Assembly (NCBI RefSeq): GCF_018977255.1
Contig: NW_024704742.1
Location: forward strand, 93,312,001 to 93,376,000
Origin: Callorhinchus milii
Taxonomy: Eukaryota
DNA: 64,000 nt
Direction of reading: 5' to 3'
Position 1 is the first letter of the stretch; every line of letters begins with the position of its first letter. The position numbers were made by a program, and so were the translations under genes. Below the pieces are notes generated by a model, which was given only the letters and a program-made list of their open reading frames with translations, made no database searches and was not told the origin of the DNA. This document shows positions 61,752-64,000 of the stretch, piece after piece.

Positions 61752-64000
61752 AAGGTAATACAGTGAAGGTGTACAATGGAGCTTAGTGACAGTCTGTTAA
61801 CACCACCAGGCCTTGGAAGAACAGCAGAATCATGTCATCAAGATATCTCAAAGTACTTCACAGGATTTACTGTAGAGTTGAGTGATTGTGTATTTTGTAG
61901 GCTAAACGTGGCAGTCAGTTTGTGTACAGCAATGTTCCAAAAACAGCCATGGAGTGAGCGACTAATTTTATTTGGAAATTAGGAAACTCCCTTCTCTTTT
62001 CAAATAATGCCATTGGATCTTTACCGTCCACCTGATCAAGCAGACGGGGACTCAGTTTAAAGTCTCATCAGAAGGATGGCATTTATTAATATACCATTTC
62101 AGAGCATCCAGAAATTTGTAAGTTCTTAAACACAGCCTTAATTCTGAGGCCGTTGTCCTGTAAGTTCTTTTAGGAATCATGGAACACAGACCCTGAGACT
62201 GAATTTGGAAAATTCTGGACAATCTGAAAGGCGACATTAATCAAGTAACTGAACCCAAGCTGAAATTTTGTCCCAGTAATCTCAGTATTAGTTGGGAAGA
62301 GGTCCCAAGCAGAGATTGTAAGGACGACTGGTGAAAAATAAGATGGAAATGTCTCACTGTTATAGTGCGTAAGCAGCTGTTCTGTAGTGGCGAGTTGTTG
62401 AGGTAATGCAGTGGGCCTTCTAAACTGCACTCTGCTATTGATTGTGCTTTCTGCTGTTAATTGCCGTGTGATAAAAATCAAAGCCCCTCACAGCAAACCT
62501 GGACAGGACGCCCATAAAACAAGGCACTGAACGCTTGCATTGCTTAAAGTTACATATTTTACAGAGCTGTTTGCGCCCTCGGATTTTCCCTAACAAGGTT
62601 ACAATCCTCTTAACGCAGAATGTTCCAGAAATAAACATTTGAATGTTATGTTGGCAACCATGTGCTGATCAGGTTACGTTTCACAGAAATATAGGTAGAG
62701 ACGGTGGCTTCAGCTTTCGGCAGCTTATTTAATTAGAGAGATAAGTAAATCAATTGAACTTAGTCCAGACAAATTGAAGCAAACCCAATCAGCTCTACAC
62801 CAGAACCAAATCCCCTTTAAAAGTCCATCCCTCCCTCTCCCTCTCTCCAGCACTATAGACAGAAGATCCCAAACACAATACCAGGGTAAATCATGAGACA
62901 AGGGTTACATTTTATTCTCACCTCCAATTTTCTAATTTCCTCTCCTGAATGTAGTGATTGCTGAGGTGCAGATACACTGTGATCAGCCACCTCCCGTGCT
63001 TCATCCAAGTGGTCATTTCTCTTCTGTGAGTGTAAGCAAAGAAAGCTCCTTCTCAAGTTCAGGGAAGCTAATTGTGTGTCTCTGGGGAAATTCAGTCAGT
63101 TTCCATTATGGGTTTGCTGCAGTAACTTGATAGCTTTCAGGGAATTCTTATATGGAATGGTTTACGCTGAAATGGTTTGAGATGGATAAAGTAGGGATTG
63201 CGCTCTTTACTTGGAGATCATATATTGTTCCTCGGTCTGCTGTTGAACTACCCTGAGAACCTATAGTAATTACACGACTGAGCTAATATTGGGTGTGACA
63301 CAATGCTCCTGGGTTCTTCTTGGTAACATTTTTCATAGGATCAGGAATTGCTCATATAGCCTATCAAGCTTGTTCCGCCATTTTATTAGCTCATTGCAGC
63401 CCTTTATCTTTCTAATTCCATTTTCCACTCTTCTCTCCAAAACTCTACTTCCCACGGATCTATCTAGCACCCTCTTTAACAACTCAATTCATTTTGCATG
63501 TATGTAGATTCTGCATCATCATCACCTACAAACACAGTGACTGCACTTCACAGTAAAATTCTACGAAGCCCTTTGAGACGTTCTCCCAACATGAAAGGTG
63601 CTGTATTAAATGCAAGGAGACAGAGGAAGGATATCAGAGGATATGGGAAAGAGCTAGGAATTCAGATTAGTTTATTGGCGGAACAAATCTCAATATGTAA
63701 AAAGTAGCCTTTTATGTTTCTATGGTTTACAGCATTTTAACAATTTTGAAATTTTCAACATACTTTAGTAACTAACGAATTGGTCTCCCACCTTCAAGAA
63801 ATCTTTTCTGGATTCACTTTTAAGGTTTAACACTTTAAAGTGTTTATTTATCTGTTTCTAATTACATTACCTAGCAGAATTCACAATCAAACAGTTGAAT
63901 TGATTACTATTTATTCATCCTGTAAAGATCAACGGAAACAACACCATCTCCTTAAATAAAGAGGCATACACATCATTTACATGAATCAACACATTGTTCC

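Overview
Vertebrate genomic DNA, most likely a cartilaginous fish, possibly a chimaera (inferred from the repeat content only: L2 and CR1 LINEs, Deu-domain tRNA SINEs, Penelope-like fragments). Three spliced protein-coding genes can be read directly. (1) The first three coding exons of SASS6 (minus strand, continues off the left edge), with a CpG-island promoter carrying a tandem array of RFX X-box-like motifs. (2) A complete LRRC2 CDS (minus, 8 coding exons, 379 aa). (3) A complete EGF-CFC gene, TDGF1/Cripto/oep-like (plus, 6 exons, 203 aa), head-to-head with LRRC2 as in mammals. Main points of interest: SASS6 is linked to LRRC2 rather than to its paralog LRRC39, so it may be a retained ancient duplicate; the Cripto O-fucose/Nodal-critical Thr is replaced by Ile; two decayed minimal hammerhead ribozymes lie in Penelope-like fragments; a CR1 tail forms an LRRC2 splice acceptor region; and a local duplication ends in a 34-bp palindrome. 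Gene identities come from manual translation and remembered homologs; no database search was run. Repeat boundaries are approximate.
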